DNA of 64,000 nucleotides from Paramecium tetraurelia (taxonomy: Eukaryota): NCBI GenBank assembly GCA_000165425.1, contig CT868064.1:1-64000 (forward strand), read 5' to 3'. This document shows positions 1-13,638 of this stretch, one piece after another. Each line of letters opens with the position of its first letter. Within the stretch, counting starts at the first letter, position 1. Under the pieces are notes generated by a model. It ran no database searches. It saw only the letters and a program-made list of their open reading frames with translations, and was not told the DNA's origin. The position numbers and the translations under genes are program-made.

Positions 1-190
1 ATGAGAAAGTTCAAAACTTAGAATCTGATAAATAGGAAAAAGAATAGAATATCAATCAATTGAATGAAAAAGTTCAAAACTTTGAATCTGATAAATAAGA
101 ATTGGAATAGATCAAATCTGAATAAGAACAAACTATCAATTAATTTAAAGAGAAAGTACATATCTTAGAATCAGTTAAATCAGAATTGGA
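1..190 (+). repeat. Imperfect coding tandem repeat (63/84-nt period, heptad multiples)
   Basis: gagaaagttcaaaacttagaatctgataaa at 3, gaaaaagttcaaaactttgaatctgataaa at 66, and a degenerate gagaaagtacatatcttagaatcagttaaa at about 150. Confidence 0.7.
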
Positions 191-3100
191 ATAGTAGCTA
201 ACACATTTAAGTTAAACCTTAGAATTATATAACCAAAACTAAATTTCAACATTTTTACTTGCAAATCATTCTTTTTCATTACTAGAATAACTTTAACAAA
301 TTGTTGCAAATGCTAATGATTTAATGATTGAAAAAGGATTTGTGAGTCTTGATTTAAGAGAAGTCGAATCTATTTGCTCGTCATAATATTAATATTTATT
401 AAGTAATTATTTTATATTTTTCTAGAATTAATGCAAATACTTTCTCCTAATTTTATTCCTTAATAATAATTTATTAATAATGATTAAAAATTTCATTCAA
501 TTAAAAACGATATAGATTAATAGCATACTTTAAATACCATTAACTCTAATCAAAATATTAAATTAGATGCGAACTCACCTTAGAAAACATTCTGTCTTTA
601 ACATTAAATTAATGCAGAAATTGAAATGCCAAACATCCTATAGAAAATTGAATATATGCAAAACAATATCAATTTTCTTAATGAAGCGTTATTAAGCACT
701 AAATAGTAAAACACAAAATTAACAAAAGATTTTATTGATTTGATTTTAGCTCATGACAAAATAATACTAAGTAATATTATTTATTCTATTTTAGGTCTTC
801 AAACGGAATAATCTTAATAATAAAGTTTAGAAGTTAATAACATAATAACAGAACAATAAGAAATTTTCTAAAACATATTAATATCTGATTAAAAAAACAC
901 AATAGAACTAACCAACCCTGAAGAACTAAAAAGAGTAATTAAAAATCAGCAATTGCAGTTAGATTAAATGAGTCGCAGAGCGTAAATGAAGATTTAACAT
1001 CTATAATAATAAATAGATTTACTTTCTTTAGACCTAAAGTAGCAATAGAAGCTTCGCCCTGTTATTAATGTTAATGATACACTTTTGGAGAAAATAACAT
1101 CTTTGGAAAGTAGTTTTTTTTTATTTTATTAATTAGACTTTAATGATTAAATGAGATAAATCATAACATCTAATACAACCGAGATTTAAAATCTGAATGA
1201 TTAGATCCAACAAAAGAACAGATGTAACAAATTTTCATATTTAGATTTTAATAATGAATAAGAATTATATAAAAAGTCTTTAGAATAATTGCAAAAATCA
1301 TAATTATCATATATTAATCAGATTGAGGATATGACTTAAGAGATAATTAGTATTAAATTTATAATATAGTAGAAAAAAATACTGAAATAAGTTCTTTAAA
1401 AGAAGAGATTTAGACTTTATAATAAAATAACTAGAGATTGACAGAACAACATGAATTAAATAACTATTATGAGCAATAAATGAAAAGTATAATTTTTTAT
1501 ATTCTAGTGCTTTAAAATTAATTGGAAAAATCGAAATAAAATATTCAATCATATTCCTTTGCAAACTCTCCATAAGTTGAAAATAAATCTGTTTTTGGAG
1601 ATGGAGATAAATATAAAAAACTAATAAATAGCTTGAATGAAGAGATCAAACTAAGCAAACTTTAGGTTTCATAATTTTCAACATCTTGCTCAGCTTTGAA
1701 GTAGGCTTAAAAAGAGATTTCTAATAGATTGAGAAGAATTTTGAGCATACCATTTGATTAAAAGGCTGATCTTTAAGAAATGCTTAATTAGATTGAAGAA
1801 TAATTCGAATTGTTATCTTAATTGCAACCTAGGAAAAAAATTATTGGTTTTTCTGATACAACAAAGTACTTATTAGGTAAAAGTCCAAAAGAATTGAATG
1901 AAACAAAACATAAAACAAAATAGGTGGTTGTCGAAAATTAGGCTAAATCAAAAGATAAAGACATTTATCAAGAAGAAATGTAAATATTACCATCTATCAT
2001 ATCAGCTCGGTTGATCTGGATTAAATTTTAAATGAAGAAGATTCTGAAGAGGAAAGTTAATAAAATATCTAAATAACTTAATTTGAATATGAAAAATAAG
2101 TAAATTCCATCTTACAAGAATAAGATGAATTAGAAAAGAGTAGATAAATAAACTATTCATAAAGTTATGATGAAGTACATAATGATGAATAGAGAAAAAT
2201 TTAGAATATTTAAGAACTTAAAGTAGAAATTGCTGACTTAGAAATAGGCTAGGTAAATAATTAGAAATTAATGCTGCAACAACAACAAGAGCATTAAGAT
2301 TCAATTTATCATTTATAAGAATTAATTGAAAGTAAATTATAATCTAAAATAGATTTACAACAAATAGTTTAATAATAAAACCTAAAACTGATAAATCAAG
2401 AAGCTGAATTAGAAAATCATTTCAAAAACGAAAAATAGCAATAAGAAATCATTGCTTGTTTCTAAAATTAATTAGAGTAAGCCAGAAAAGAGTTGAAATA
2501 TCAAAACCCAGAATTTGGAGATAATCAAAAGGATTATGACCAATCAAAAGACTTAAAAAATACAATCCTACTATTAGAATAGGATAAATTTGAGCTTGCA
2601 GCTTAATTAAACGAAGAAATCACAAGAAATAAGGAATAAAAGGAATAATTTTTTGATTCAATCTCAATAAGGGATAATATAATTTAATGTAAATAGAATT
2701 TTATTATTTTAGATTTGTAAACATAATTAGCAATAAAATCTTCAGATTATGATCCTAAAACCTCTGAAAGAAGTTTAAATTTACAGAATTAATATGAATC
2801 CAGTTTGGATATTATAATCAAACATTGAAGACAAAAGTAAGGTTTTATTTAATGAAGTGTTAACTCACGAGGAAGCCAGATTTGTTAGGTCAATTTAAGA
2901 GCATGAAAGTGAAACAGATGAAAATCAAACCGTTCAATAATAGCAGATACCTCGTCTACCCCTTTAGACTTAGCAATCAAGAATCAGAAATCCACGACCA
3001 ACAAGAGGTTTGAGAAGCAGTGGATCATAAGATCATTATTAAAGTAAATGCTTCAGTTAACATAGATAATTAAATTAAAATTGATTAAATAGAAGAAGAG

Positions 3101-4177
3101 TACTAAGAACAAATTTAATTTTTAATTAATGAAAAAACCCAAATGAAGGAATGTTTATAGAAGGATATTGAAAATAAGGAAGAAGAAATAGATGAAATGA
3201 AACTGGAGTTAGATAACTTATAATAAAGGTTAATAGCTCTTGATATAGCTAATAACGATAAATAAAAGGAATTAGAATAATTAAATCAATATTTAAGAAA
3301 ATTAGACAATTAAAATTAAAGTACTATTATTGTAAAAATTTAAGGTCTAAAAAATTATAATACTAATATAGAAAATCAACTAAATACTTAACTACAAGCT
3401 TTTGAAAACTAAAGAAAGATAGTTGAGAATATTCATAGAACAAATGATGAAATTTAGAAAAAATATGACATATTACTACAGAAATATTTAAGTACATATA
3501 AATAATTAAATTAAGAATTGGAAGATGATCATAATAAACTACTTGAATAATAAGAAAACGATTTAGCTTAAATAAACTTTTATAATGAATCCCTTAAAAA
3601 TATGTAAGATTAAGTAGAAAAGTCAAAGGAAAGAATTTGTAAGACTGTACTATAATCACCTAGTGGAGATAGGGATTAAAATGAAGAAAATAAATTTAAA
3701 TAGCAGATAAATCGACTTAATGATGAATTAAGAATAAGTAAATTATAGGTTGCTTAATATTCTGCAACTAATCTGTAGTTAAAATAAAAACATTAAGAAT
3801 TCGTTGTTAGACTTTAACAACTTTTTAAATTATAATTCTAAGAAAATGATGATGTTGCATAAATAATCCATTAAATTGAGTAGAATGTTTCAATTTAGGA
3901 TCAAAATAGTCCAATTAAAGCTTAAAAAAAATTAGGAATGAATGATGCAACTCGATTTTTCTTAAATAGGTCGAGTAAATCGAGATCGTCTTAGGATTCT
4001 AATAGGCCTTCATAATAATAATAAAGCTAAATACCTTCAAGAGAAAGTCCATAGAAGGCAGATAATTTAATGTATTTTTATTTTATAGGTTTTAGCGAAC
4101 TTGATAAAATACTTGACGAATCAGATTTTGAGAGAGAACTATCTTAATAACAAAATTTCTTTTTTGACAATAATTGA
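1..4177 (+). CDS. Large Q/E/K-rich coiled-coil protein, 5'-truncated by the window edge
   Basis: Code-6 frame from position 3 reads EKVQNLESDKQEKEQNINQLNEKVQNFESDKQELEQ. Several tiny introns (e.g. 403-425 gtaattat..tctag). Ends FERELSQQQNFFFDNN-TGA at 4175-4177. The junction near 2770-2830 needs a 31-nt intron or a frameshift. Confidence 0.65.
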
Positions 4178-4543
4178 TGACGTAAAAGTAATTGATTTAT
4201 TCACTTATTTTATTATGAATTATAAATTATTTCTATATATAACTTTTCTTTTATAATAAGTGCTGAAAAACTAAGGCTATCATCTTCTAAATCATATCAA
4301 ACTATTGAAAAAGATAATTGTATTCATGGATTTAGATTGATAATATTCATATTGATAAGCCATCACCTTCACTTAGATTATGGATTTCTTATATCTAAAT
4401 TATAATATCTATTCATCTATATAACTCAATGTTAAAACTTCTTGATGGTATTTAATTTGAGATAAATAATTGGTTAAGTCGATACTAAGTGATGAATTTA
4501 ATTTAACAATAAAAAATTTATATAACGAAAATTCAAACTTAAA

Positions 4544-6568
4544 ATGAAAGGAAAATTAGTATAATCCTTAATCAATCTATTTCCAAATCAACATTAGGAA
4601 AAATTAATCAAATGTGTGTTTATAATAGGATTTGATAAGCTTATAAAAAAGGGTTTTCTATTAAATGGTAAACCTAAGCTTCAAGAAATAATAGATTATT
4701 CAAGTAAACATATTTGTCAATGTAGTTAAATTGGAAAAAAGCGGAAGATTAGACTTTGCTGAATAACCTTGCGATGTAAAACATGAGTTGGATCATCTAA
4801 AGGATGAAATAAGTAGGTTGACTTCATAAATATAATATAATAACTCAATGATGTAATCTTTAAGTCATATATTCTAGTCAAAAATAAACCCAAAGAAGCT
4901 ATGAAAGGTTAATATTATAGAATGTTTCCCCTCAATATGATGAAAGAAAAAGGTCTGTATCAGTTGGATATAAATAATAATAGCAATAATTGATTAAAAA
5001 AAAAACTAAAGAAATAACTCCGAAAATTACAGAAACTATTCCTTAGACAATTAATCAAATTAATATTACAATTTCCAAACATCATTTAGATGATACAGAA
5101 ATAAAGTCAGTAATGAGAGATGATTAAATAAGAATAAAACCTCCTAAGCCTAGCAAACTGAATTAGGATTAAATTTTCAAAAAACATAATCAGATTGAAT
5201 ATCAGTGCATAGACACAGAAGAACATCCCACATATATAGATACTGAGAGTGTGCCTATGAAGGAATATTGCATTCCTTAAATTCTTTAATACTCAAATCT
5301 ATAAAGTAGTTAGTTTTCATAGAATCATTAACAACAAGAGTTATAACAACAAGCATAGTCTAACCAGTTATAATAACAATCATTTAATTAATTGCAACCA
5401 ACCTAGATATAATAACTGAAATAATCTTAAGTTTCGTATTAGTCAAATACAAGGTAGAGTGATCATTAAACCCATAATACAAATTAAACTTTTTCATAGC
5501 CTTATTCAAGCTAAAAGCATTGTGTTCAACCTTCTAAATCTCCAAATAGTTAATCAAAATCTAGGAGTAAATCTCCAAAATTTAAGAAATAAAAAAAGCA
5601 AACTTGTAAAAACAATTTAGACACTGTACATGAAGAAAGTTTTACAATAGCAAAACATTAAAGCAGTCATTCAGCTTCATCCAAGGGAAGGGGATCCCAC
5701 AGATAATAAAAAGCTCAATAAAATAATCAAGCTGTATCTAAGATTAAAGCACTTTTGGATTAAGATAAGAAAATATACAAATAGCACTTATTAGATATGG
5801 CAAGTGAGAGAAGATCGTTCTTAAATAATTCTGAAAAGATGAAAAGAATTTAAGAAGAAAATGTAACGGGCAAAAGCTAATCAAAATATTAAGAAACTAG
5901 CGATTAGTTGAATAAAAGAACTCTTACAAATAATAGTTTTTATAAATAGTAATAAAACGAGTAAATTTCACCGTTGTTAGATTCAGAATCTAAAGGTCAA
6001 GGTCTAGATCCATTAAATCAGTTTTAAGGGTCATATTCAATGACAAGTTCAAATCGTGTTGGGAATTACATCATTAATCCGCATTAATAAGATAATATAC
6101 TAATTTATGGCAAATACAAATAATCAATATTTGATCAGTACTCTCCTAAAGTAAAATATTAAGCAAGACCCTAAAGTGTGGGTAAATAATTGGAGAGTGA
6201 CTTTAAAAGATCGAATGATTTCAATAGGAGTTCATTTAGTAGTACATTTTCAATGTTTAATCCAAACGAGGAGTTGAAGATATTCTTTTAGAATGATTTT
6301 CTTGAAAGGAAGAGATATTTCCCTTAAGGGTATAGTGATATGACAAAATAAGTATTTATTTTTCATTATTAGTTAGTCATCTCTAAATTCCTCGTAAGAT
6401 TATAATTAGCATTAAAGCAAATATATTAGCACAAGTCAAATTGAAGATCAGCAGAACTAAAGTAAGAACGTATTTAGTCCTCAATAATATTAAAATGTTG
6501 ATAAGTCAAATGTCTTCAATAATAATAGGCTTAGTGTAACTAGAATACTAAACAATTCATAAATATGA
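4544..6568 (+). CDS. Hypothetical Q/S/N-rich protein
   Basis: MKGKLVQSLINLFPNQHQEKLIKCVFIIGFDKLIKK..., with tiny introns near 4704, 4853 and 6352. TGA at 6566-6568. Confidence 0.6.
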
Positions 6569-6592
6569 AAATATATTCGTTTTTAATTCTAA

Positions 6593-8503
6593 ATGAAATT
6601 ATTATTGCTTACCTATTTAGCTATTTCTTAATCTGAATGGATTAATATATATGAGGCATTTAAGGAGGATTCTTTAACAACTTTAGATGGTAAATTAAAG
6701 TTATAATTAATTAAGGATGGGTAACTTAGAATTAATTCTAAGTAACTTCTGATATAATAACTAAATGCGGTGAAAAACCATTGTAGGAGGATTGAAAACA
6801 TTTGGATAAAGGCCACGGCAACCAAATTTATAAAATTACCTCTTCATTTTAAATTGAAGTTTAATATCCAACTTTGGAAGTATAAATAATCTTGAAATAG
6901 AATTTGAAGAATGGGAAAATGAAGTATTTTCAATATATAGATGGAGTCCCTTGGGAAATGAAGTGGGGAGTTACTGAGGGAGGAATTAGATTATGTGGTC
7001 TCTGACCAATCTAAACATAGTGATAAAATTTTTGATGTAGTATTTGAGATCGCCCATAATTCTCCTACTGTGATAATCATAGTAGCAATAAATTAATAAA
7101 GATAAGCTGATATATAGGCCTGGGGATTTAGATAATTTAAAACTTTGTTTATACCTTGGAATTAGGAAGAATTAAGCTGGTTTTATATCGATACAAAATT
7201 AGAGGATGGCAATTGAAAATGGCAAGGAAAAGGGCTATGAATGCTCAGGCATAGTGATGTTTGGAGGGTATGAAAATTTTTGTGCCAAATTTACGTTATC
7301 AAAATCTTTTAAAAATAGCTCCTCATTATAAAATAATGATTAAATTTACATTTTGGAAAGTAATTTAATAATAGTATATAGATTGATCTTTGTGACAATG
7401 ATGAATTCTATATAAAAATTGATGATAAAGAAGTATAGAAAATAGCATTTTAGAAAACAGATGGGATAGAATTATGTGGAGTGTATGATATAATTCATAT
7501 AATGTTATAGGAAATAAAATAATCCAGGGCACGGAGAGAAGATTGTTGCAATCAAAATTATCTAAAAGCATTAAGAACCATCTTTAAAAATGACTTTTTC
7601 TTCTTCATTAACAATGGAAACAAATTAATAATCTTGGGGAGTTAGAGATTTCTTTTTATTTGCAGCGTAATGTACAAAATTTTGTGATGAATGTGTCGGT
7701 AATGCTGAAAATGAATGTACAAAATATCATTCAAATCATACGTTATAAAATGAAAAATACCTTAACAAAAATTAATGGTACTTTGCATCTAAAGAATTTT
7801 TTGATATGGAATCATTTTAGAAAATAGAATAATGGAATTTTTAAGAACTTGATCATTCTAGTCCTAATCCTCCTATTACAAAATGTTCTGATATTGATTT
7901 AATTGGAGGATACGAATCTTTTGGAAAGGTATTCAAAAAATTTATCTAAGAAAACAAAAGCATCAAAAAAGTTTATTTTACCAAAGCATGATTATGTAAG
8001 AGTTAGAGCAACTATCTACAAAATTGATAATTGGGAAGGAGAGGAATTCACAATGTCAATTGATAATAGTGAAGTTTGGATACAATTTTTAGGTTGGAAT
8101 GACCCCGCTCTAAGTGATATTTTTGGAAATAAGAGCATAATTAAATTTGATAAAATAGTTACACATAGTAATGCAGAATTACAACTTGATCTTGTAAGTA
8201 CTCTTAAAAAGAAGCCAATGAAGTATCTTGGGGATTTCGAGACTTTTAGCTTTTATATTCTCCATTAAATGATTGTATTTAATTATTCAGTGAATACAAT
8301 TTTAAGGAATTTCAGAAAATATTTGTGAAAACACAGAGTCGTTGGCCCAATCCAAAATAGAATTTGATATTAATATCAAGTCTATGAAAATACCTGAAGG
8401 TATGAAAATAATAGGATACAGAAATTTCGATTTCAAAGGGGACAAAGTTGAATATGAAACCAATCAAGAATGCCTAGATATTGTTTTCGCTATTTTAGAA
8501 TGA
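6593..8503 (+). pseudogene. Frameshifted gene for a secreted protein with three repeated beta-rich domains and a C-terminal beta/gamma-crystallin-like domain
   Basis: Signal peptide MKLLLLTYLAISQS. The repeat motif C..GG...FG / LP.H / KID.W..E.F / CG / SWG.R.F occurs three times, followed by LFSEYNFK..IKSMKIPEG..YRNFDFKG. The motifs fall in different frames, with many frameshifts not explained by introns (e.g. near 6780, 6810, 6940, 7000, 8215). Confidence 0.7.
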
Positions 8504-8713
8504 TTTGATGTTTAATAAAGCAAAATAATTTTAATTTAGAATACCATTGAATTCTCATTTATTGAAAAATTATTGATTGGGAATATGAAATACATTCATA
8601 AATGATAATATGATTTAAAGAATCATAATAATTATAAATTATTAATATGTATAACATGAAAATGATTCAACAGATTTGATTACACAACTGAGTTATATAA
8701 AATTCGACTAATT

Positions 8714-9385
8714 TCAATATCTATTTGTTAATGTGGTAAAAATAGTATCTGACTTTTCACATTTGTAACGGCTTGACTAATGTGTTCTTTTTTTATTAAA
8801 AAAATGCTTTGATCTATCATAAAAAGGTGTGATGGTATCCAATTTTTATTTAAGAACTTCATTTTGAAATGTATATTGTTTAATGCTTCTACTGGTGTAG
8901 GGAGAGTTTGAGATGTCAGATTCGTAAATTTTATGTAGTTATAATTACTTCGGATCTTTTTCTTTTTAATACGAATGATTAGCAAACTTTCTTTTTCTTA
9001 TATATGGAGATTCTTGCATATTCCATAAAGTTCTTTCTGTTTTAGGGTTATACTCTTCCGTAATTAAATCATCTGTTTAAATAAATTTAGAATTCGTTGT
9101 TTTGATTTGATCACTTTAGAATTTTTAATTGTTTGCATCCCTTTATTTAATATATAAAGTGATTGCCTTTTAATTTACACTAACTGATCCAGTTTTTGAC
9201 ATAATTTCTAAAAAGTGCCTTATAGATCGTGAATATGAAAAAATTCTTTTGGGTGGTTCCAAAACCGATTTTATGATTTAATGTTAGTGCTAACAAAAAT
9301 TTTTTGTGTGAGTTGGTTTGTTTAACAATATTCTGAGTTTATTTCTTCTTTGAGATATTATTTCTTAATCAATATCTAAAATCAT
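8714..9385 (-). CDS. Hypothetical basic protein, 223 aa, intronless
   Basis: Uninterrupted code-6 ORF MILDIDQEIISQRRNKLRILLNKP...TLTNRY-TGA, 672 nt. Confidence 0.65.
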
Positions 9386-9468
9386 TTAATTATATAATGA
9401 TCATATTTCATCAGGTTCCTACCAGGAAAATAAAAAATAATTTGCATAAACTAATAATAAAATAAAAA

Positions 9469-10293
9469 ATGTTAAGTTAAGTTTCAGCTTTACTATATGT
9501 TTACTACAAAGATTAGAATAGTGATCTTAATTAAGAAAGATTTACATACTATTGTGTTGTGATTGGCATTCTCAATTTCTTTGGATTTATTTTAAATGTT
9601 ATTGAGTAGCATCCAAAATCTAAAGGAAATTCATTTAAACTTGTTGTGGAATTGATTTGTTCTTTATTAGGTTTGATTTCAATATTGTGTTACTTCTTTT
9701 ATTACTTTATGGAATTTTCAATGCCTAGCATGTAAATGCTTGCAGGATTGATATTAATTTGGGTCATTGAATGCTCTCTTTATTATATTTTAAGCGATAA
9801 AGGGCTGTAAAGTATGCTCAGTCTATTTGTTACAACAAATGTTTTATTGATTAATGGAGATATTGCATTGAAAGGAATGGGATATTTTAGTGTAATTATT
9901 AATATTAGAAAGTAGAACTTATTTGACTACAGTTCCATCAATTTGATTGTGTTATGCGCTCAATTTTCGTGGGCAGGTGAGCCAACTACAAAAAAAACAA
10001 ATAGTCTATTTTATATCATTTCAAGGTAAGACTGTTTTAGATTAATGGTCTACTTTCTATTATTTAATATCTTAAATAATACAATTAAAGCAGTAACAGA
10101 AAACATTTATGTAATCGTACCAACTTTGGCTACTCTTATTCCATACATATGGGCTACTACTAAATTTAGTCAAAGAAGATATAAATAAGCATTTGGATTA
10201 TTCCTCTTCACACTAGTAATTTACTTTCCTATTGACGTGTACATAAAATAGTAATAGCTAAACCAATAAAATTAATAACAAATCTAACTATGA
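9469..10293 (+). CDS. Polytopic membrane protein, about 274 aa
   Basis: Open code-6 frame of 825 nt, MLSQVSALLYVYY..., with many hydrophobic segments. Confidence 0.7.
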
Positions 10294-10875
10294 TTCTATT
10301 ATAATAAATTAAAATTTTATATTTTTATTTAATCATTATCCAAAAGAAGATTAATGTTATTCATTAAAAATGCATAGACAATAAATCAATAACAAGTTTT
10401 ATAAAACTGAAAGTTGAATAAACACATTAATGATATATTAAATTTAAAGAATTAGTATTTTTTGAATATTATTAATTATAATAAATAGTTAGACTGTAAA
10501 TCAAAAAAATTAAATTCTAAATTTCATATGCTAAATCTTGGTTGAATCAACAAAAATATAATTTAAATAAGTTTAACCTTTATTGTGGCAAAACACATTA
10601 TAGTTTAAATAATCAAGTATTTCATTTGAAATTTTAGGATTAATTTAAGATCTTATATCTATAAATACTCTACTATAATTATATCGATGAAATCACCAGA
10701 AATCCAAATCAATCCAATACAGCTTTTCATTTAAACTTCAATAGATTATTCATTTTCATGGTATTTATGATTATGATATCAAAGATGATCTTTTTAGTTC
10801 CTATTAAATAAGGGATTTAATTTTAAGAATATTGAGAAAGAATATTGTCACCAAATATTAAATAAAAAATATTTT

Positions 10876-11948
10876 TCAATGATTTTAAATTTATTATACG
10901 CAATCATTTATTATTTAAATTTCTTGCTAATATTCACTAATTAATTGCTTATAGTTTTTCTATCTCAATTGAATCTCATTATTCAATTAAATGATCAGTT
11001 ATTGACTATTCTAAATTTATTATTGGATTTAATCAACAAGACTCTTCTTCAATTTATATTATTGTAACATAACTTCATGATCTTCCATTAAAATTTTAAT
11101 TAAATCGTTATTTACTTATTGAATTTTATTTTCATGCAATTTGATAGCAATATCATTCTGAGATTTTTCAGCATTCAAAGTATTTTATAATTTAATCTTT
11201 TAATCTGAAATGCTTGCTCTAAGTTTTTATAATAGTCTTGTTGATCTACGGATTAAATCATGATCTGCAAATTTTTCATAAGCAATTTAAGAAAATGTCA
11301 GTGAAATTTGTTGATATTCTGGTTCCAAATTATTTTGTAGCTCTTCACCAACTACGCTAAAAGTATCTGAATGCTCCTCAATAAAGTTAGATTCTAATAA
11401 ATTTTTAATTATTTTTACATTTTCCTTTTTCCAAAAGATCTATTGCAGTATCTATAGAACTTAAGGCTTTGTTATAGGAATTTTATTAATTAGTGTAAAC
11501 TTAATCTTCCCTTTTTTACCAATCAATCAATGATTGTTTAGAATTCACAAAATTTTAAACTTCTTACTTTTTGGAAATGATATCTGCTTCTTAAAATGTA
11601 ATAGATCTATCCAGTCGTCGAATTTCAACTTATAATGTAGCTAATTCTACTTATAGATCATTTATTCTATGTTCATGATATTCAATGTCACTCTATTGTC
11701 TATTTGTATATGTAGTATATGATTTAGTTTCTGTTTCAATTTTATCCTAAATACTTGGTGTGATTGATTACTAAAATATTATTCTTTATCTGATTGAGTG
11801 CTTGCATTAGTTCATTCGTGTTTGTTTAATCCAATTGGGATAATAATATGATAGATCTTCCCATGTTTGATACGCCTAACTAAGTTAACTTTGTTGTTAA
11901 GGAGGTCTGTAAACAATTGATTGTTAAAGCTAAGAAAAAAATCAACAT
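10876..11948 (-). CDS. Divergent trichocyst matrix protein (TMP/Grl)-like secreted coiled-coil precursor
   Basis: Signal peptide MLIFFLALTINCLQ, an N-terminal MGRSIILLSQL motif like other TMPs, DIEYHEHRINDL heptads, about 340 aa. Intron gtaatcaatcacaccaagtatttag. Confidence 0.6.
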
Positions 11949-13638
11949 ATCGTTTTTTTATAATTAATATAATAAATAAATAATTATTCAAAATTCAATT
12001 TTATTTTATTTTATAAAAAACTTCTTTTCATTTTTCCACTTTTTACTATTCGCCAAACTGATTAGGTTTGTCTCTTGATGTACATCTAAGTTTTTGTACT
12101 TATCTTGTTCTTTATAAAATTGTTAATATTTCCGTTATAGTAAGGTATGATTCAAATCAAATCCATTTACTTATGGAGGTCTAGAAGTAAGTGCAATATT
12201 CAAATGAAAAAAGAATCCAAAGATGACTCTGATTTATCCAATCAAAAATACAAAGTATGCAGATGGGATAATAATGGATTCATATTATGATTCAAAATAT
12301 TGAGAGGATAAATTGAAATAGATTGTCATACAGATAATTGAAGGAAGATAGATTAGTAAAGCTAATATGAACTCAGAAATTTATCTACTATTTAATAGAT
12401 ATTTTTTGATTTATATTCCAATTTAAGGACAAAATTATCTTAATACACTTTCTAATACATAGTTCTTCTCGCTCATCTTCCAAATATGTGAAAAAAATGT
12501 TGCTTAATCTGAATCCAAGTTTTTAAATAGATTATACATATTATTATAATTTGTGTAAGTAACAATTATGAATTTAATTATTGTTATTGATGATAAGGCA
12601 AATAAAAGAACAAAAAACTTAAATTGCAATTCTTTTTAAATGTTTTGCTCCTGTAAAAATTTTATAAAACTACCACAAAATCCAATTACTTCAAATTCAA
12701 AGAAATAATCAGTCTGTATGAAAAACTGTATGAAAAATAGCATCAACTCATGCCTTAAAGGATATCTATACATTTAGGATTGCTTTTCTTCGAAGGTTCT
12801 AATACAATAGTCTGGAACAGCCTTAACTCTGATTTTGATTGCAACATAAAAACTCAACATCTATATAAAAAGTGTGATGATCATATAGGCTATACTGACT
12901 CCAATGATATAGATATTTAAGTTTGTGAAGTAACAGGGATTCATATTTTTACAATTAATATTTACTTATTTTGGATCTACCAAATGTTCAAAATAGAATC
13001 CTATAATGGCACTCAAAATTGCCTTAATAGGAACTGAAAAAAATTAAATAAAGCAATATGTTTTAATTTAGAATTTATTTTGTCTCAAAAATCTATATAA
13101 GGAGCTACTTAACTTAAATTCGGTATATTAATATTAATTTGTGTTTATCAATTAAATCATCCATTTTCCATTGCTTCCATTTCTTAGAAAATAGTTCTTC
13201 AATTTTATTAATGAGCATTATAAAATACCGTCGTCAAAAATATTAATTACTCTCTACTCATTATCTATCTTTCCATCAATAAGATTGTAATTCATAAATT
13301 ATTCATTTATCATGCTAATGTACATATGCATCTTTCCAACACTTGTACTATATTTAGTACTACCAGAAAAATCTATAGATTCCAAATATTAAAAATGAAA
13401 GTATTTCGAACCAAACCAAATCAAAAAATTGTCAGTCAAATTAGAATCTCTGATTATCAAGCTTTTCAAATAAAATGGCGTCATCTTTATATTATAATTT
13501 ATGCTATATTAAATATATTATTCTATTATCTAAAATGCCAACTCCTCAGTCGCCTAAGTCCATGTATTATAAATATATAATCCTGGATTTATTTTTAAAA
13601 AATCAATTAAATCTTAATTTCCTAAAGCCTTATTATTA

